Shown piece by piece: positions 26,110 through 40,299 of a DNA stretch of 64,000 bases. The first letter of the stretch is position 1; every line of letters begins with the position of its first letter. The notes below the pieces were generated by a model. It ran no database searches. It was not told the origin of the DNA and saw only the letters and a list, made by a program, of their open reading frames with translations. The translations under genes and the position numbers were made by a program. This DNA is from Raillietiella orientalis (taxonomy: Eukaryota): the NCBI GenBank assembly GCA_036172245.1, contig JAYWIR010000020.1, positions 2,666,001 through 2,730,000 on the forward strand. The letters are read 5' to 3'.

Positions 26110-26640
26110 AGGGATTCTGTGGCTTATCCGTGTGCTTGCGACGGTCAGCAGATCTCAGTTCGTCAGTGGGAGGAAGCGAAAGGATTGGAACCGCACTTGA
26201 GAGAGCACACCGCACTGCCGAGATGACGATGTTGTAGTTGATCGCAAGTGCTCCCGGAGCCGCCGTCGTTTCCATCTCGGCAAGCGACACGCAGAAACAG
26301 AACGTCCTGCCAAAAGAGCGGCAGACGAGAAGCAGCCAACCTTCGACGCTGGACACCACTCCAGGGCCCGGCATGATATCGGCCATTTTTTTGCGTCCTG
26401 ACATGCTCGGCGTCCTGAGCGGGTCTTCAGAAAGCAGCAGCGGTTGGTGGCAGAAGATTCTTCGAACGACATGCTGGGAGAACGGAGGAAGCGGAAGGAA
26501 CGCAGATATCATGCAGTGCTCCGCCCATTCCGTTTGCAGAAATGTCGTGAAGTTGGGAGCTCTCTTGCGCATTGGGCCCAGCACAGGGTAGAGACGGCAG
26601 AACTACGATGGTGTCTCCAGCTACAGGGTTTTCCTGATTC
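26110..26640 (-). mobile_element. Decayed APE endonuclease fragment of a non-LTR element
   Basis: QPLLLSE (LQET), VEGWLLLVCRSFGRTFCFCVSLA (GR.L.V....G..F.L.NVYAP) and INYNIVI (GDFN.V) occur in the expected order. Confidence 0.45.
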
Positions 26641-27499
26641 AAGAGCTACGAAGAAGCACCTCTCCTCTCCAGTGGTCGAACGCAAGCATCATGCAGCGAG
26701 ATCTCCTCGCGTCGTCTGGATCTGAGAATGGAGGGCAGCTCTTAAGGACCCCTGAGGATTACAGCGGCAGACACGAGAACGCTCTCAAGATGACCAGCAA
26801 AACGTCCTCTCACCTGCTGAGATGTAGCGGGAAGCAGACCAAGGGAAACAAACACGGTGAGCAGGGCATGAGTGCTCGACTCCGACGATGCTCCGACGAG
26901 GAGATGAAGGAGAAACAGCATAGAAAAAGGAGGAGCAACAGACCAGCGGGAAAGTCAGCAAAGAGACGGAATCCTTGGGCATCTCGAGCTCCTGGAAATT
27001 TCCGACGAAAGAGGAAGCAGCAAAGGAGAAAGACCTAAGTTATCTGCCGAGTACCGTGCTCCCTTCTAGACCATTTCCTCCTTCTCAGCTCTCTGGAAGC
27101 ATAATGCACGCTGCTGGGTAGGAGAATCGTTCTGCTCTGAGGGGCCGTGGAAACTAAAGACGTCTCGAACATTCCAGAAAAAACTCTCCTGCAACCCGTC
27201 TCGCCGCTGACCCGAAGTTTCTGACCGAGCCGCACTGGTCCCAGAAAACTATAGACTGGAAACCTAAAATGCTTCTCGAATAGGGATGCACGCTTTTGCT
27301 GCTAAGCTGCTGTCTTCGTCATCAGACTTTCTTCCTTGTTGACATCAAACAAAGCGAAAGATCTCTGAACAAAGCGTCATTGTCATCTGTTTCCCTTGTT
27401 TTCCGATGAGATAAATCACTGGCTCCTTGTCCTTCCTTCCTTCTTCAAGCAAGATTCTTCCTGTCTAAGAAGCGAAATGCACTCGCAGGAAACCGTTGA

Positions 27500-28700
27500 A
27501 TTCAGCAGGGCCTCGGAATTCTCCTATGATTGAGAGGACAGTAGTCCAGGGGGAACGGACAGGACAGACAAGATTATGAATCTTGCCACTGCAGCAAGAC
27601 AAAGGGGATCTGTGGAAGTGGATTCTTCTGTGGAATGCTGGCGGCTCTTTCGTTTCCCCAAGATCTTCCTGAGCCATCGACTGACAGCTTTCAGGATTTT
27701 TGGACTTCCCTCAACAACGGCAATTTGGTTTAGAGATTTTCCGGAGATGAGAAACCGACCTCGTCTTCCGGAAGCATCAGAAAAGGGGAGTGCACCAGCG
27801 GAAGCAGACCGCTGGATATCAAGGAGAAAGCAACCCTGGAGCGAACGGTTTCAAGAGAGCCTTGCAGGGGCGCTACTCTCGACGTCCCGAAACGGAAATT
27901 CGTGACCTCCACCTCGAAAGCGCCGCCTTGGCTCGTGCTGATGCCCGAAGAAAATTCCCAAACCAAGGACTTGAAGACGGACCTTTCCGCTTGCATTCGA
28001 ACTTTGCAGCGTAAACGGTGAGAGGAAAAGAGCAGCTGTTAACAAGAAGCGACAAGTTTTTGAGATTCACTCTAGCAGAGATTGGTCTCCTTGACACATC
28101 TCACATGGTAGACGGTTTCCTCGGCACGGGTGCATAGAAGAATGGTTGTTGGATCCACTTTGTGCCTCCTGCAAGCAGCAGTCGACCTTAGCCAGTCGAC
28201 TGCATCCTCTTCAGAGCCTGCTGTTGAAATGCATGCGCTTGCAGGCATTCCTTGCTTCATTCATCAGAATCTTCCGCCTTGCTGCCTGCCTATTCGTCGG
28301 AACGGAATACGTCGAGTCCTATGGCTCTCTTTACTGGTCATTCCTTCTTTTAAGAAAAATCGCCATTGTTTCCACCATCAGTGCCTCCAAAGAAAAGTAG
28401 CAGAATGCAAAGAGCAGCAATGACGTTGCTTGGGGAATTTCCTTGAAGAATCCTGGCTGCCTGCTAGAAAACGTTCGCAACAGCAATGATATGGCCATGA
28501 TGGCAGTGCCATTGACTGTAGCTCCAGAACCCAGAGTGATCACCGCGGAAGGATTTCACGGTCCATTAGGGAATACAAGAGACAGCATGATGAGAAGAGA
28601 GAGCGCTCTTGTACTAAACGAAAAGGTGGATTGTAGCAGGCAAATATTTGGGCCTTCCAGCTTCCAGAAAACGGAAAGCAAGAAGCAGTTGTAGTCTGAA
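27500..28700 (-). mobile_element. Decayed Tx1-like RT
   Basis: RALSLL (RPISLL), VITLGSGATVNGTAI..LLR (VI...Q..V.GR.I...LR), KQGMPASACIS..SE (RQGCPLSP.L...E), TRAEETV (AYADD.TV), SARVNLK (SARVN..K) and QVLG (KVLG) are colinear. Confidence 0.65.
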
Positions 28701-29829
28701 ATGAATAATGCTTGAATACAGTTCACCATTCAGGATGAGATTTTTAGAGCATAGAGGTGAGATCTGTACGAAGACACTAGATCTCAAAGAAGAATGGCTT
28801 CTTTTGAATAGGATTTAACTGCTGGCGGAAGCTGGAGTAGTGCTGGGGAGGCATATGATATCGTCAGACAAAATGTTCGTCTTGCGTTTCCCTTGGGCTT
28901 GTCGGCCAGAAATAACTGCTGCGAAAATGGCAGCTGACATGATTGATAAGGGAAAGCTGTGATGTTGAAAATTGGAAATGTCAAAACCCCTGTATAATTT
29001 TGTTCTCTGCAACTGTATACGTCCGAGTGATAACATGAAACAATAAAAGCGGGAGGCTGAAAAAAATTCGTTAAGCCGCGAAACACATGATGCTTTACTA
29101 GCGCCATCTAGCTTCAGATTTTTCAAGCGTTGCTAGTAGTAACAAGAAGAAAAGCCTCAAGAAAAAAAAAATCACGCCTATAAATTCACAGATGCATGGG
29201 TCGGTTTCTTGATCCTCATCTGTGCTTCCAATTCTGGGACAATAATCCGGCAGAATGCATAACTCAAAGGTTTGAATAGCATGTGAGTATCCAGCAATGC
29301 ACAAGATGATCGCTTGACAACAGTCGCTGTGCTGATTACATGCATCTTGCCACACGACCTTATGTCTCTGACATCGGAAGTTTCGAAAAAGCGTCCGGCT
29401 CCTTCAACACCTCTCAAACAGCTCCCTCTTCTCTACTAGTGCATTTGTTTGCTTCCAAGCACGAGTCTTGCAGTGCTTCACAAACATAAATCTATCTACT
29501 TTTTTTTAAACTGAGTTCCATGAATCGCAACGAAGAATTTTTCAGGTGGGATTTTTCATAACGAGGGGCAGTTTACGTGAAGAGCAAATTTGCTGTAAGA
29601 GCGATGACTGATTTTCATTCCCCAATGTGGCGCCCAAAACTCAAGACCCTATTAGGAAACTTGCATCCCTACCGGAACACGAAACGGCAGCAAACCCAGT
29701 TCTAAAAGAGCAGCCATTGGATGACTGCTCTTTTAGAGTTGCCTCCGTGCTGCAGCCAGCTAATACGTTACTAAGCTCGTAGCCATAGATCACTCGGGTG
29801 CAAGTTTGCTCTTTGAGTATCTTAATACC

Positions 29830-30230
29830 TGTTCTTGACTGCTCTTTCGCTTATCCTTGTGTCCGCTGAAAACTTGAATCCTAGACATAAATTCGAATGC
29901 TCGACAGGAATTGTGTCTTCAAAGAGGGGTTTCCTAGAGGTGACTTTTATCATCTTTCCGAGAGACAGTATATTTTTAGAAGGGGAGAAAAAGATCACAC
30001 ACATAAAGTAACAAAAAGTGGAAACATCTGCTAGGTGTTTGTTTCGACTGAGTCGTTCGACCTCGGTCGGTGTTCTCGATGTCCTCGAGTGAGATTTTCC
30101 TCAAGAGATTCCAGGTGTTTTCCCTACAAATCCCAAAGTCCTCGCTTATGAAAGATGCGACCTTTCTGGAGATTACTCTTCTCACAAACGCAATGCAGGA
30201 ATTAATGAATTCACCTGCAAACCGCATGCT
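29830..30230 (-). mobile_element. Possible APE remnant upstream of the 27.5-28.7 kb RT
   Basis: FISEDFG (I.GDFN) and TPSRCFHFLL (SRID.FL). Same strand and correct order relative to the RT. Confidence 0.3.
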
Positions 30231-32089
30231 GATGCTTTCGGTGCACTCTTTCCGCCCGTTAAAAAAAAAAGCGTTTTGACCTCTTTCGAGAATACTCTCC
30301 TCCTTCAGATTGGTAGGCTAAAGCGCTTCGTAACTATTCTTTACGAGCATCGTTAACTTTTGCTGAGACAGTCGGCTACTTTGGGAAAGTCGTCAGCTGC
30401 TTTGTGTGTGTATATGTGTATATGTATACATTTGCTTCCTTGTCATGCTCTACATTGCCTTCGTTTTCCCTCCACATTGCTCGACGCTTCACAAGCTTGG
30501 TTACCACCTGATGAATGGACTTAGAGCATCTGTGGTTCAGACAGGAAATTTCGTTTTCTGCAGCCGCTTCAGTGGACTCTGGGTCATCTTTGCAATGACT
30601 TGTTTCCAACTCTCCTTTCCGGAGATCCATCCAAAGCATTCTCTTATTTAACCGTCACGTGTGTGGTTTTTGTAAGCCTTTTTTTGTTTTTATTGTCCAA
30701 TTAGAAACTTAGCACCTAGTTTAGATGCCTCCCTAGCAAGCACTTGGGGGGGGGGGGGGAGCTGACTACAAAAAGAGTGCAAAACCTAGTCCTGAATGAA
30801 ATCACTCCCTGATCTCAAGAACGCTCTTGGCAACAGGATGGGGAGAGACGAAATCCTTAACAAAATTCCCGTCCTCTTGTTCTGGCGTTCCCGGACTCCA
30901 GGATTCCACTCTGCCGGGTGCGGCCGTCGAAAGATGGCACAGCGCTGTCGTGCGATGCGTCCGGTCGAAACTTCAAACGGTCACGTGACACGCGTTTGTC
31001 CGACTTCTGGCGGCCAGAGAGAGAGACAGTCGGAAGAAGCCCACTGCCTCTCCTCGAAGAAAATGCACATCAGAATTGCCAGGGCAAAAACAGTTTGAAA
31101 ACTTGAAGTGAGTTTCCCTGAAATGTGTGTAGCCATAAAATAAGAACTTTAGATGCAGATTATGTTCCCATCTACAAACTTGTTGTCTCGTTCTTTTTTT
31201 ATTCTATTTTATGTTATTTTATTTTTGGGGGGAAGGAGGGGGACAGGGTATGAAAAAAAAAATAAATACGCACACATTTCGTGTTTCCTTAACATTTTTT
31301 TAGTTATTGTTTTAACCTTTATGAAGGCGAAATCTGTCAGCTGGCAATTCATAGGCATCTTGAATTTTTTTGTTCTATTCCATGATGATCCGTGGGTTTT
31401 CGGTGTCCCCTACTGAACACGGCAGTGTTTGGTTTCAGTTACAAGAAAGGTTTAAGAAATTTTTTCGAGCGAAAAGACATACCCTTGTCACAGGGTGCGC
31501 TTGTCTATCAACGGCTATCGGAAGAACGCTCTAAGCAATTTTGGTACCTGGTGCCTGGTGGCCTGAGTCATCAAAATACTTTTTATTTCGACTTCATTTA
31601 AGTGCTGACAAGATCCTCTCCTAACTTGCAAAAAATTGCTTGAACTGCGAGCCTTTGTCACAAGAACTTCTTCGAACACAGCTTGAAACGATTTCCCTAT
31701 GCATGAGATAAGCTGTTTTCCAAGAAAACTCGTTTACTCTCTAGAATTGCCCAAGATGGTTACGTGAATCCATAATTTACTTATATGGAGCACGGTTGCA
31801 TAGCCACCATGTACGTGGTTTGGATGCCTCGGGTTCCTCCCCCCCCCCCCCTTCTGATTACATTCCGCTTTTTGATTACGTGTGCCAAATTAGAAGAATC
31901 GAATTGCACTTCAAAGATAAACCAGGAAGACCTCGGAAATAAAAAAGGGTGTTAAAATAAACATTGCGCATCAAGTGCGAGGAGATAAATTGTACCTTTC
32001 CCTTGTACCACAAGCTAGGTAGGTTCCCAGGCAGCAGCTGGTCGCGATGAATATTTATAATCATGGAGGAGGAGGAGGAAGAAGAAGAA

Positions 32090-32480
32090 AAATCAGGAAC
32101 GAATGTCGTGGAGGGGAGATTAAGTGTTCATTTGGTGTTCATTCTCGACGATAAAATGAATCTTGCCGACAACATGGTGTAGGCAAGGAGTTTAATGGTG
32201 GGATACTTCAGAGGAATTCGAGATTGGCCGGAGGATAAAGATAGACTTGCTCTGAACGAGGAAACAATTCTCATCAAATAGAAGAGACCAAACTCGACCG
32301 TTCTTCTCTGAGATGGGATGACGAACAGAGATGATGCACGATCAAGTTTGGCCTCCGCTGTTTGAAGAGAACTGCTTGGAATGCTTGAAGTGCTGTTCGT
32401 AATGAGTAATTAGAAAACGAAAGGAAATTATTTCCAACTTTGCAGCTGCGATCAGACTAATGCCATGGAAACCACACAAA
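32090..32480 (+). mobile_element. Decayed RT fragment, possibly RTE-like
   Basis: DTSEEFEIGRRIK (SE.F.I.RGVRQ), then RDDARSSLA...ELLGMLEVL (ADD..L.A....LQ.ML..L). Confidence 0.4.
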
Positions 32481-33399
32481 TTTGCCAATTCATCATGACA
32501 CATATTGTGAGACCGCATGGAGGATCAGTGGTGATGCACGCACTCTGAATGAACAGCAATGGGGGAAGTATTGTGACCAGTGCCATTCATGTTAATCGTA
32601 TTTTGACAGATAAACACCACGTAAACACAATTAAAAGGATCACACACATAAAGCACATAACGAACTCTTTCGTACGCTTCTTTCAAATTTGGTTGTTGTT
32701 TAGATTTCGTACTTTCTATAGTGAAATTCTGCATTCTTAGTCCGTACTGACTGTATACTTACACGCAGTGCATGCATGCATTTGGGAAAATTCACTCTTT
32801 GCATGCACACTGTGCACAATCAGCGGATTCCCTGCAGGTGCAGAAAACATTCCTGTGTATAGTGCATTGCTGGATACCACCTGCTACTATTGTATTTCGA
32901 CTTGCACTCTCACACTGTACAAGAAAGGCGCTATGCGGAGTTGCGCAATGGCGTCGCACCCATCAACGTCATTTCTGGATTTGTTTGTAGGTCTCCGGTG
33001 CTTGGGAATGGAAGTGTGGAGGCTGAGAGTCTGGTGCAAAACGATCAAAATCCCGAACGGTCTTTAAAACAAATACATACGTTTATGGTACATATTAAGA
33101 TGCATACATTCATCCATCTATCTAGATAGAGAGAGAGACTGACAGAGAGAGAGAATATTTTTAACCATATTAATAATATTCATAGGTATGCATGTTAAAC
33201 TATTAAACATGTTAAAAAAACATGCATATCAATAAATATGCATATTGCATATGTTCATTTTTTACAGTCTTTTTAATATACATTAATGCATACGTCAATC
33301 TATATATACACTAATACACATAATAAGGATGCATATTTATTTTGAAGATCTTTCAAGATTGTGACCGACTCCTGGAAGTTCGTTACTTGGACGTGCATT

Positions 33400-34570
33400 C
33401 ATTTGGTTTCTTCGGGTCACCAGCGCCTGGAGACGAAACAGAAAGGTGAAATCCAATGCTGCACTTCCGGTTGGAGTTCGGCCGAGGGTCGCCATTGTCT
33501 GGCTTCGTTCTTCTTTCGTCCTCCTTGCGCTCTGGGGTCCTTTGAGAGAGGCGAGATTCGAAACAGCCGCATCCTTCCAAGGGTGCCCTTCGCGCGCGGA
33601 GTTTTCCCGAGCTCCCGGATTCTGGACATTTCCGCGAACTTTCCTGATAAATAAATAAATCTGGAAATTTCCCTTTGTCGCTTCCCTCCACAAACCGTGA
33701 GGAAACCTCCCGATCACTGCAACTGCTCGCATGATCACCAGATGGTAACACTTGTACTTCCAAGCAGCACTGCACCATTTGATGAGATCTTCCACGCATT
33801 CTACAGGAGTGCGCGTACGTGTTCCACGAACTGAGACTGGCGGCGGCCGAAGATCCGAAGCACAAGCTCTCTTTTGTTGCATAATTTTTGGATCTTCCCA
33901 GCTTTTAGAACCCAGCTTATTTCTTCATAATGGATGATCTTCCCGGTACACATGTCGCAGTGAATGGAGATGAGGAGCAGGGGAGAAATAATACTCGTCG
34001 CGGGAGAAAAATCCGTTGTGAGTGAGATGTGGAGGAAAAGCATCCTTTGGTTAGCAAGCTTGAGAGAATTTTCGCCTAAAGTAATAGCAAGCAATGGGTT
34101 GACGCGGAAGTTTGCTTCGATCCCCCCGACGCTGTGCACAGTCTCCCTACAAACTTTTTCCACCTCCGGAGCATCTTGGGTCCATGCCGTGGCTCGTCGT
34201 CACTCATCACTTTCCTCCGTTTCGTTACCTCAGTTTGCAAATTCACGGATTTCGAGAAAAATAATCCCCTCCCCTTTCCTTCGTAGCCCCCTTTTCCCGT
34301 TAAATGACCTTCTGGTTGCGCGAAGAATGGTCCCAATGCAACCGAATGAACTTCCTGGGGGAGAAGCGTTTATCTTCGGATGCACTGGAAATCTGCATTG
34401 CACTGCTTGGAGGGACCACTGGTGTCCTCTTCACGCGCGCTGTCACGCAGCAACCATCACGCCTTTGCCGACGCGGGTTTTTTCCCAGAGCGCAACGCGT
34501 TTCACCCAAAGACATGATCCTCACTTCCTTCGCCCAGCCATTTGAGTCAAGGAATCCAAAAAGCATCATG
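33400..34570 (+). mobile_element. Decayed L1/Tx1-like RT fragment
   Basis: RSFPELPDSG (KSPG.DG), WLASLREFSPKVIASNGLTRKF (WI..LY....V..NG..T..F), MNFLG (K.LG). Confidence 0.4.
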
Positions 34571-36539
34571 TCGCTCCACAGCTGAAGGGGCAAGCACTCT
34601 GAAAATATTCCATCAAAACAAGCTTGAGTACGAAAAAAAAAAAAAAAGAGAGGAAAGATCACCAGTATGTACATGACTCCGAGGTTTCATGAGGAAATAG
34701 GAGGAAATTACTACGTTTTCCTTGATAGCCACCTGAAGAGATGGGGCCGTGGAAACACACAAGAGTATTTTGCTCTTGTAATTGGCAACGGTGCTCAGAA
34801 AAACCGATAAAAGTAATTTGGCCAATAAAGCATGAAATCGTAAGGGAAAAAAAGAAAAAGAAACGAACTTTCATGTAAATGGAGGACTTCCACGAGAGAA
34901 CTCCTTGTGCTGGTCAGAGTAATGGATGTTGACTATACTCCGAGGTATGGACTGGCAGAGCACGTTCTACGCTCACCGCAGAAAATTCTTCTCTCAGTTT
35001 GCACCAGCAATTTCTCATGAAACATTCAACCAGACCCTGATGACAGTCGGAAGATACGAGAAAACTATGAGTTACCATGGGCAGTTCTGCTCATTTCGAA
35101 TGTGCCACTCGGATTGCTCCATTCATAACCAAAGCGTAGTCTTTCCTTCTATCGGTCTTCATTCAAGGTGATTTCTGTCTGGTCTGAGAAGTAGGCGGGC
35201 CAAAACCCAGTCTTTCCTCCGAACACGCGAGCACCCCTGAGCTTCGGGAAACCATGAGATGAGCCTCGACTGAAGAGTCTCCGGATCAATGCACGAGTTT
35301 GGTTTATAATTCCTGAACGCAGAGCTCGACTGCTCCTTAGGATTTCACACTCGATGCGGAAACTGACAATTCGACACCTCAGCTACGCTTCGGCAGCAAC
35401 AAGATAGGTTTTCCAAGCACTTCATCTACCTCTCTGAAAGTAGTTTGCCCGAGACGTTAGCAGGCTCTGAGAAATGAATAAAACAGTAGCTGCCCGGAAA
35501 CCATGCGTTAATGTGACGTCATCTGACATGGGCGAGGACTCGAGATTTTGATGAAAGAAATGGAAAAGCCATACTGAATCAACAGGGGCAGACTTAGGAT
35601 CATGACTTTGCCTCATCACTCACAAGTTGAAGAATTTGAAGCAGTTTTTCATCTATGGAAGCAATGAGAAAGAATTCCAGGCTGGCTTCCTATACTTTAA
35701 TGAGAGTTCGCAAAATGCATCCATCGCCTTGGAAACCGAAATTAAGGGGTTTGGAGATCTGTTTCATCAGCAAACTGTTTGGAGAGCTAAAGGCTTCTTC
35801 TGTTCATTTTGTATTGCCATGAATATTTGTCGTAGGAGACAAAACTGACCTCAGCGTAGTGACACTCCAGAATGATGAGAATCGACAAGAGCATTTAAAT
35901 GCTCCAAGGATATCATTTTGTGAAATTCCAAAGCCAAGTTCCGATTGAGAAGAGGAGCCAAGGAATATTACAGCTTGAGGAACCGCTGCCCTTCCTGGAT
36001 GGGTGGTCCCAGTCTTTAGATGCATGCTATCACTTCCTGTCAAACCTCTGAATTACGAAGCATACGTGTGTACGTTCCGGTCAGCGCTGCCTGCTTTCCC
36101 ATCTGTGTTTTCTAAAAGAGGCTTTTGGTGAACCTGGGTCCAAGAATGAGATTCGTTTCAAGATCTTCTCTGGTCGCTCCTCACAACACGTTCTTCCGGT
36201 CGAGGGTTTTGAAGAAGAATGGATTCAGAAGCAAACACCGAAAGAAGGACATCAATCAAAGGACTGCAAGTTGTTTCTGGTTCCCTAAGGATTTATAACA
36301 GCTTGCAACAGTGTTCGTTTTTTTTTTTTCTTTTTTTCGAGAGCGAGGTTAGGGCCATAGGCATGCCCAAGTCTACGCCAAGCATAACGGAATAAGAAAA
36401 AAAAATTAGTAATTCCAGAAAAAGAACAAACAGAAGAAGAAAGGACATTCCATATGTTGAAATCAAGCATAGAAAAAAACCAAAGAAAAAAAATAAGCTC
36501 TTCGATAATTTGTGAGAGAATGAGAGAAGGCAGTTGAGT

Positions 36540-39500
36540 TCCTGATACCATTCCATTAGCATTTCAAAACAAAGCGATGCTGAAGACGTGGAAGAAAACT
36601 CAACAATGGAACCAGAAGCTGGATGGAGCAATGATCATCCACACACGACTAGTGTCAAAGAATGTTTGCAGTCAGGCGGAACATAGAAAGACAAGCAGAG
36701 AAGAATTTCTTAAAGCAGCATTGGTACATGAGAAAGTGACTCACGTGTCTTTCAGTTAATTCGATGATGAACACTCAAGCGTAAGTCTCCAAGAGAATTG
36801 GAAGAAATTTTTTCTGGAAGCACGCCGATAATCTGGGATGGCGGGAACGACCAGAATCTAAACAGAGTGATCAGCTGCCGAGAAATAAAAGTCACGAATG
36901 AAATTGAATGAAAAGCAAGAGTTCCGAATCCAGTAGTAGAGGGAATGGGTTTCAGTGCTTTTCAACCACGGCCAAGTCAAATCCAGTTAATGGATAAATC
37001 ATTTTTCTGATGAGACCTCTTGTCTTTCTTCGAGCTCGCCTAGATAAGAGGCCTCTTTTCTCTCCAATGCAAAATGCAAGTTTCTCTATCAATGGCATTT
37101 CAGCATAGGAAAGTGAAGACTTGCGATTCCTGATGCGAGAAAATCGCCCGGCGGAAGACCTGCCTCCCTCGCTCGCTTCACGATGATCTGCGAGCCGTTG
37201 TCTGGTCCACTGGGAAAAATGAGAGGATTAGAAGAAGAAGCAACATGCTTGCAAGCCAGAAGCAAGCGATCAGAGACTTGCATCTCTGATAAAGGGATGG
37301 GTCGATGAGGGTCAAAGAGGACGTATATCTCTGTATCACTATAAAATCAAAAACAAATTGCTCATACATGTGATTCAGTGTTAACTTTGCTCAAAATGGA
37401 ACCAAAAATGCTGAAGAAAAAAAAAAAGGAAAAGAAAACAAAAAAACACGTTGCCGTTCGGGTGCCAAAGTCCGATTCCAAAAATAAAAGATGGACAAAA
37501 ACGAGCATGGCACTCATTTCTGGCTTTTAAAGTAAACCTTGGCGTTCTACTGAATGAAGATCAGATATTTAATGGGTGGCATAAATAGAAGATGGGTAAA
37601 GCAGCCCTATTTTGTGATTTTGAATTGAAATCTATAACGAGTTTGGGGTAGGAGAAGACCCTTTATTACTAAATGTCTTTCAGCGATCGAAGGATGGGTA
37701 AGATGTGATTTTAGAAAGATGTCGTCCGGGGTGGATGATGGAGAATCAGCCTTCGTAATCAATAGTTATGGAGGAGCGGTGATCTTGGAATGAAGAAAAA
37801 TTTACCAAAGGAATGACCCGCGCAATTTTCACGAATAGTTCTAACTGATGAAGAATTTTGGGACCTCCTGGTTGAATATCTATAAGGCGTAGAAGATTCG
37901 TGATCGCAGACGCAACAAATGTCCAACAGAAGGAGCAGATACTTCTGCCACCGTGGTACTTCTGTCACCAGCTCACTTCTTTCAGGAGATACTGATTACT
38001 TCCATAACATCTCTCTCTCTTCGGATTCTCAAGTCTTTATGTTCCGCTCCTGTGACTGAATCAAGATTTCCTCAGTGTCTTCAGCTTCCCTTCAAAAAGA
38101 AATGTCCGCTCGACGGAATGGGTTTCTTCCAAAAAAAATATCTGGTGATATGCTCCTTTCACGTTCCACATTCTGTACCTGGAATCCACTTCCAGAAGTT
38201 CCGAATCCCATCGTGAATCTTGGACCTCTTGGAGATCACTGCAGCAGATGTGAATAACTTGAAAATCCAGAAAATCTTGTCACAAACTCTATAAGAAATC
38301 CGATCAGTATTTTCCTTCTCCACACTTATAGAGAATGAGCACATAGCTTCAAATTTCTCTTCATGAATAAGACTCCTTGGGTTGTTGACAATAGTTGGGT
38401 TGGGTTTAGTAGAGGATACCACTGTTGGCATAGCGACTTAGCTGGAGTGCTCTCAGGATGTTTTCCCTTTGGAGATTCTGAAACCAAGGTTAAAACCCAG
38501 GAAGTGCTTTTTCTCAGACGAAAGCTCCCATTGTTTTCTCGAATCACGAAAACGAAATAAAGCCGAATCCCGAGGTCATCATGAAGAGCATTCTGTTAGA
38601 AGCTGAACATGTCAGAATGCTCAACGAAATGTCCACTTGAAAGTGGCCTACCGAATCACATCTTCGGAAACCAAAATGCGCGTCTTCGATCATTAAATCA
38701 CCTTCGAAATTCCAGCTGAATGATCGACAGAAGCAAGCTGTCCTGACTAACAAACTTCCTTTCAAGATCGCAGTGGCAAAAGAATGCTGATTGCAAAGGA
38801 GGAGGAGGATGCCACAATGATGATTGTATTTAAAACCCCACTCTAGGGTGAAATATACCCACAAGGCAAAACAGCGAGACATCACATGACATCAGTTTGA
38901 AGAAAGGAGAAAATAAATGATTCTTCAAAAGCACGGAAACTTGTTGGCAAGAACGTTGCACTTCAAGCTTCACTAATCTTGCAAATGATCTTTGGAACGT
39001 GTTTTTGTTAGATGAACATCAAAGTACAGGAGCATGGAAATGAATCTTCTTGAAAATGACAAAGCAATATATTTAAAATGATCAGAAAAATCTAAAACTA
39101 TCCAGGAAATGCGTTGAGGTGTCCACAGAGTCTATTGAATGGAAAATAATTCTCTTCGTGGTCCTATGGAAACACGGAAACGCAGATGTGTTGTCCACGA
39201 TTACAATGTTCTCCAACTGAAAGGAAGAGCAAAGAGAACTGAATAAAAGGTACACCCTTAAACATTTACTGATTTCTTAGGCATTCCTCTGGTGATGGCG
39301 AGAGAGAGTAAACGCACCGGATAAGGGGGTCCTAGATGAGTCTCCTGTTTTCACCAAATCGTGCAGTGAAGTAAGCAATGTGCACCACTCGAAACTTTGC
39401 TTGGAGAATGGGTGTCTTGAATGGAAGAAACGACTTCTTTCTGCATTTGCTGGGCACAGCGCGAGAACGGATGAAAAAAAACCACGCACGATTGCATTTA

Positions 39501-39930
39501 CTGTGTTCCCAGCTCTGTAGTGAACTCTTGGGTTTCTCTTTAGTCAGAGATGACCTCCAGAAGCTTAGCGCTGATCCTAAATTTTCTAGCCTCAAAGACC
39601 CGGGTCTCCAGAATGTACGAACATTTTCAGTCTTCATCTGACTTAATAACGAAGCAAAACTTGGTACCTCGCTTTGTCGAACTCTCAAAAAGTCTCATTT
39701 TGATTCCACAAATGAGACCGCACAGCATTCTCAGGTGCGAATCCTGGATTCTCCATTCCAGATTGGAGTTATTCTCGAATCAGTTGCAGATCCATGGAGT
39801 CGCAAGCTGAAAGGGCCGAAAACCACTTGTGATGCCTTTCAGGATCCAGTGTCCATCTTGCTGTTGCAGACGGTTTCCGATTTCGACAGGAGTAGTACAA
39901 TTCGAAAAGTCATCAGGATGTTTTAGCTGT
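36540..39930 (+). mobile_element. Long decayed L1/Tx1-like ORF2 (APE end, RT, post-RT), interrupted
   Basis: Colinear motifs: VTHVSFS..DEHSSV and GRNFFWK (SDH / G.WKLN); LCSAPVTES...KKCPLDGMGFFQK (L.APIT.EE..KSPG.DG..EFYK); SWRSL..KIQKILS (WRPISL..KILSK); EWKKRLLSAFAG (W..R.LS..G). Confidence 0.55.
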
Positions 39931-40299
39931 TTGGATTTAGAGCTTCCACGTCTTTCGGTCACCCGAGTGTCCCCTCAGAGTGCGAGAGTTTAAGACAATA
40001 GTGGCTGACCATGCAATTGCACACAATCTTGCACTTATTCCTTCTTCAATTTGTTAAGCAGATCTGGTCGGACACAAGCTTTTTCCGTGACCACACTAAA
40101 TGACCAAAGTGATCCATCGCGCTGGCAATAAATGAGCTTTCAATTAAGTTTGCAAGTTCAACCTTTTCTCCTAAGATTACGTGGACATTATCAGTTACTG
40201 TCATCTGGACCGTTCCATGTTCTTTCGCGTTCTTCGAGCGCTAGTGCAAGTATAAGTCCATATATTGACGGAAAACAGGTACCCATAACAAGATATCAA

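Noticed and set aside
32525..33070. Possible host exons flanked by AT-rich intron-like DNA (also 52680-52830)
   Set aside because: No frame gave a recognisable protein with consistent splice sites. Cannot be supported without RNA-seq.
33700..33830. Harbinger-like RTRTPVECVEDLIK on the minus strand
   Set aside because: Isolated resemblance with no upstream DDE motifs, and it lies antisense to a probable RT remnant.
34340..34450. piggyBac-like motif LPGGEAFIFGCTGNLHCTAWRD
   Set aside because: No DDD motifs or TTAA-flanked ends. Neighbouring frames fit a non-LTR RT better.
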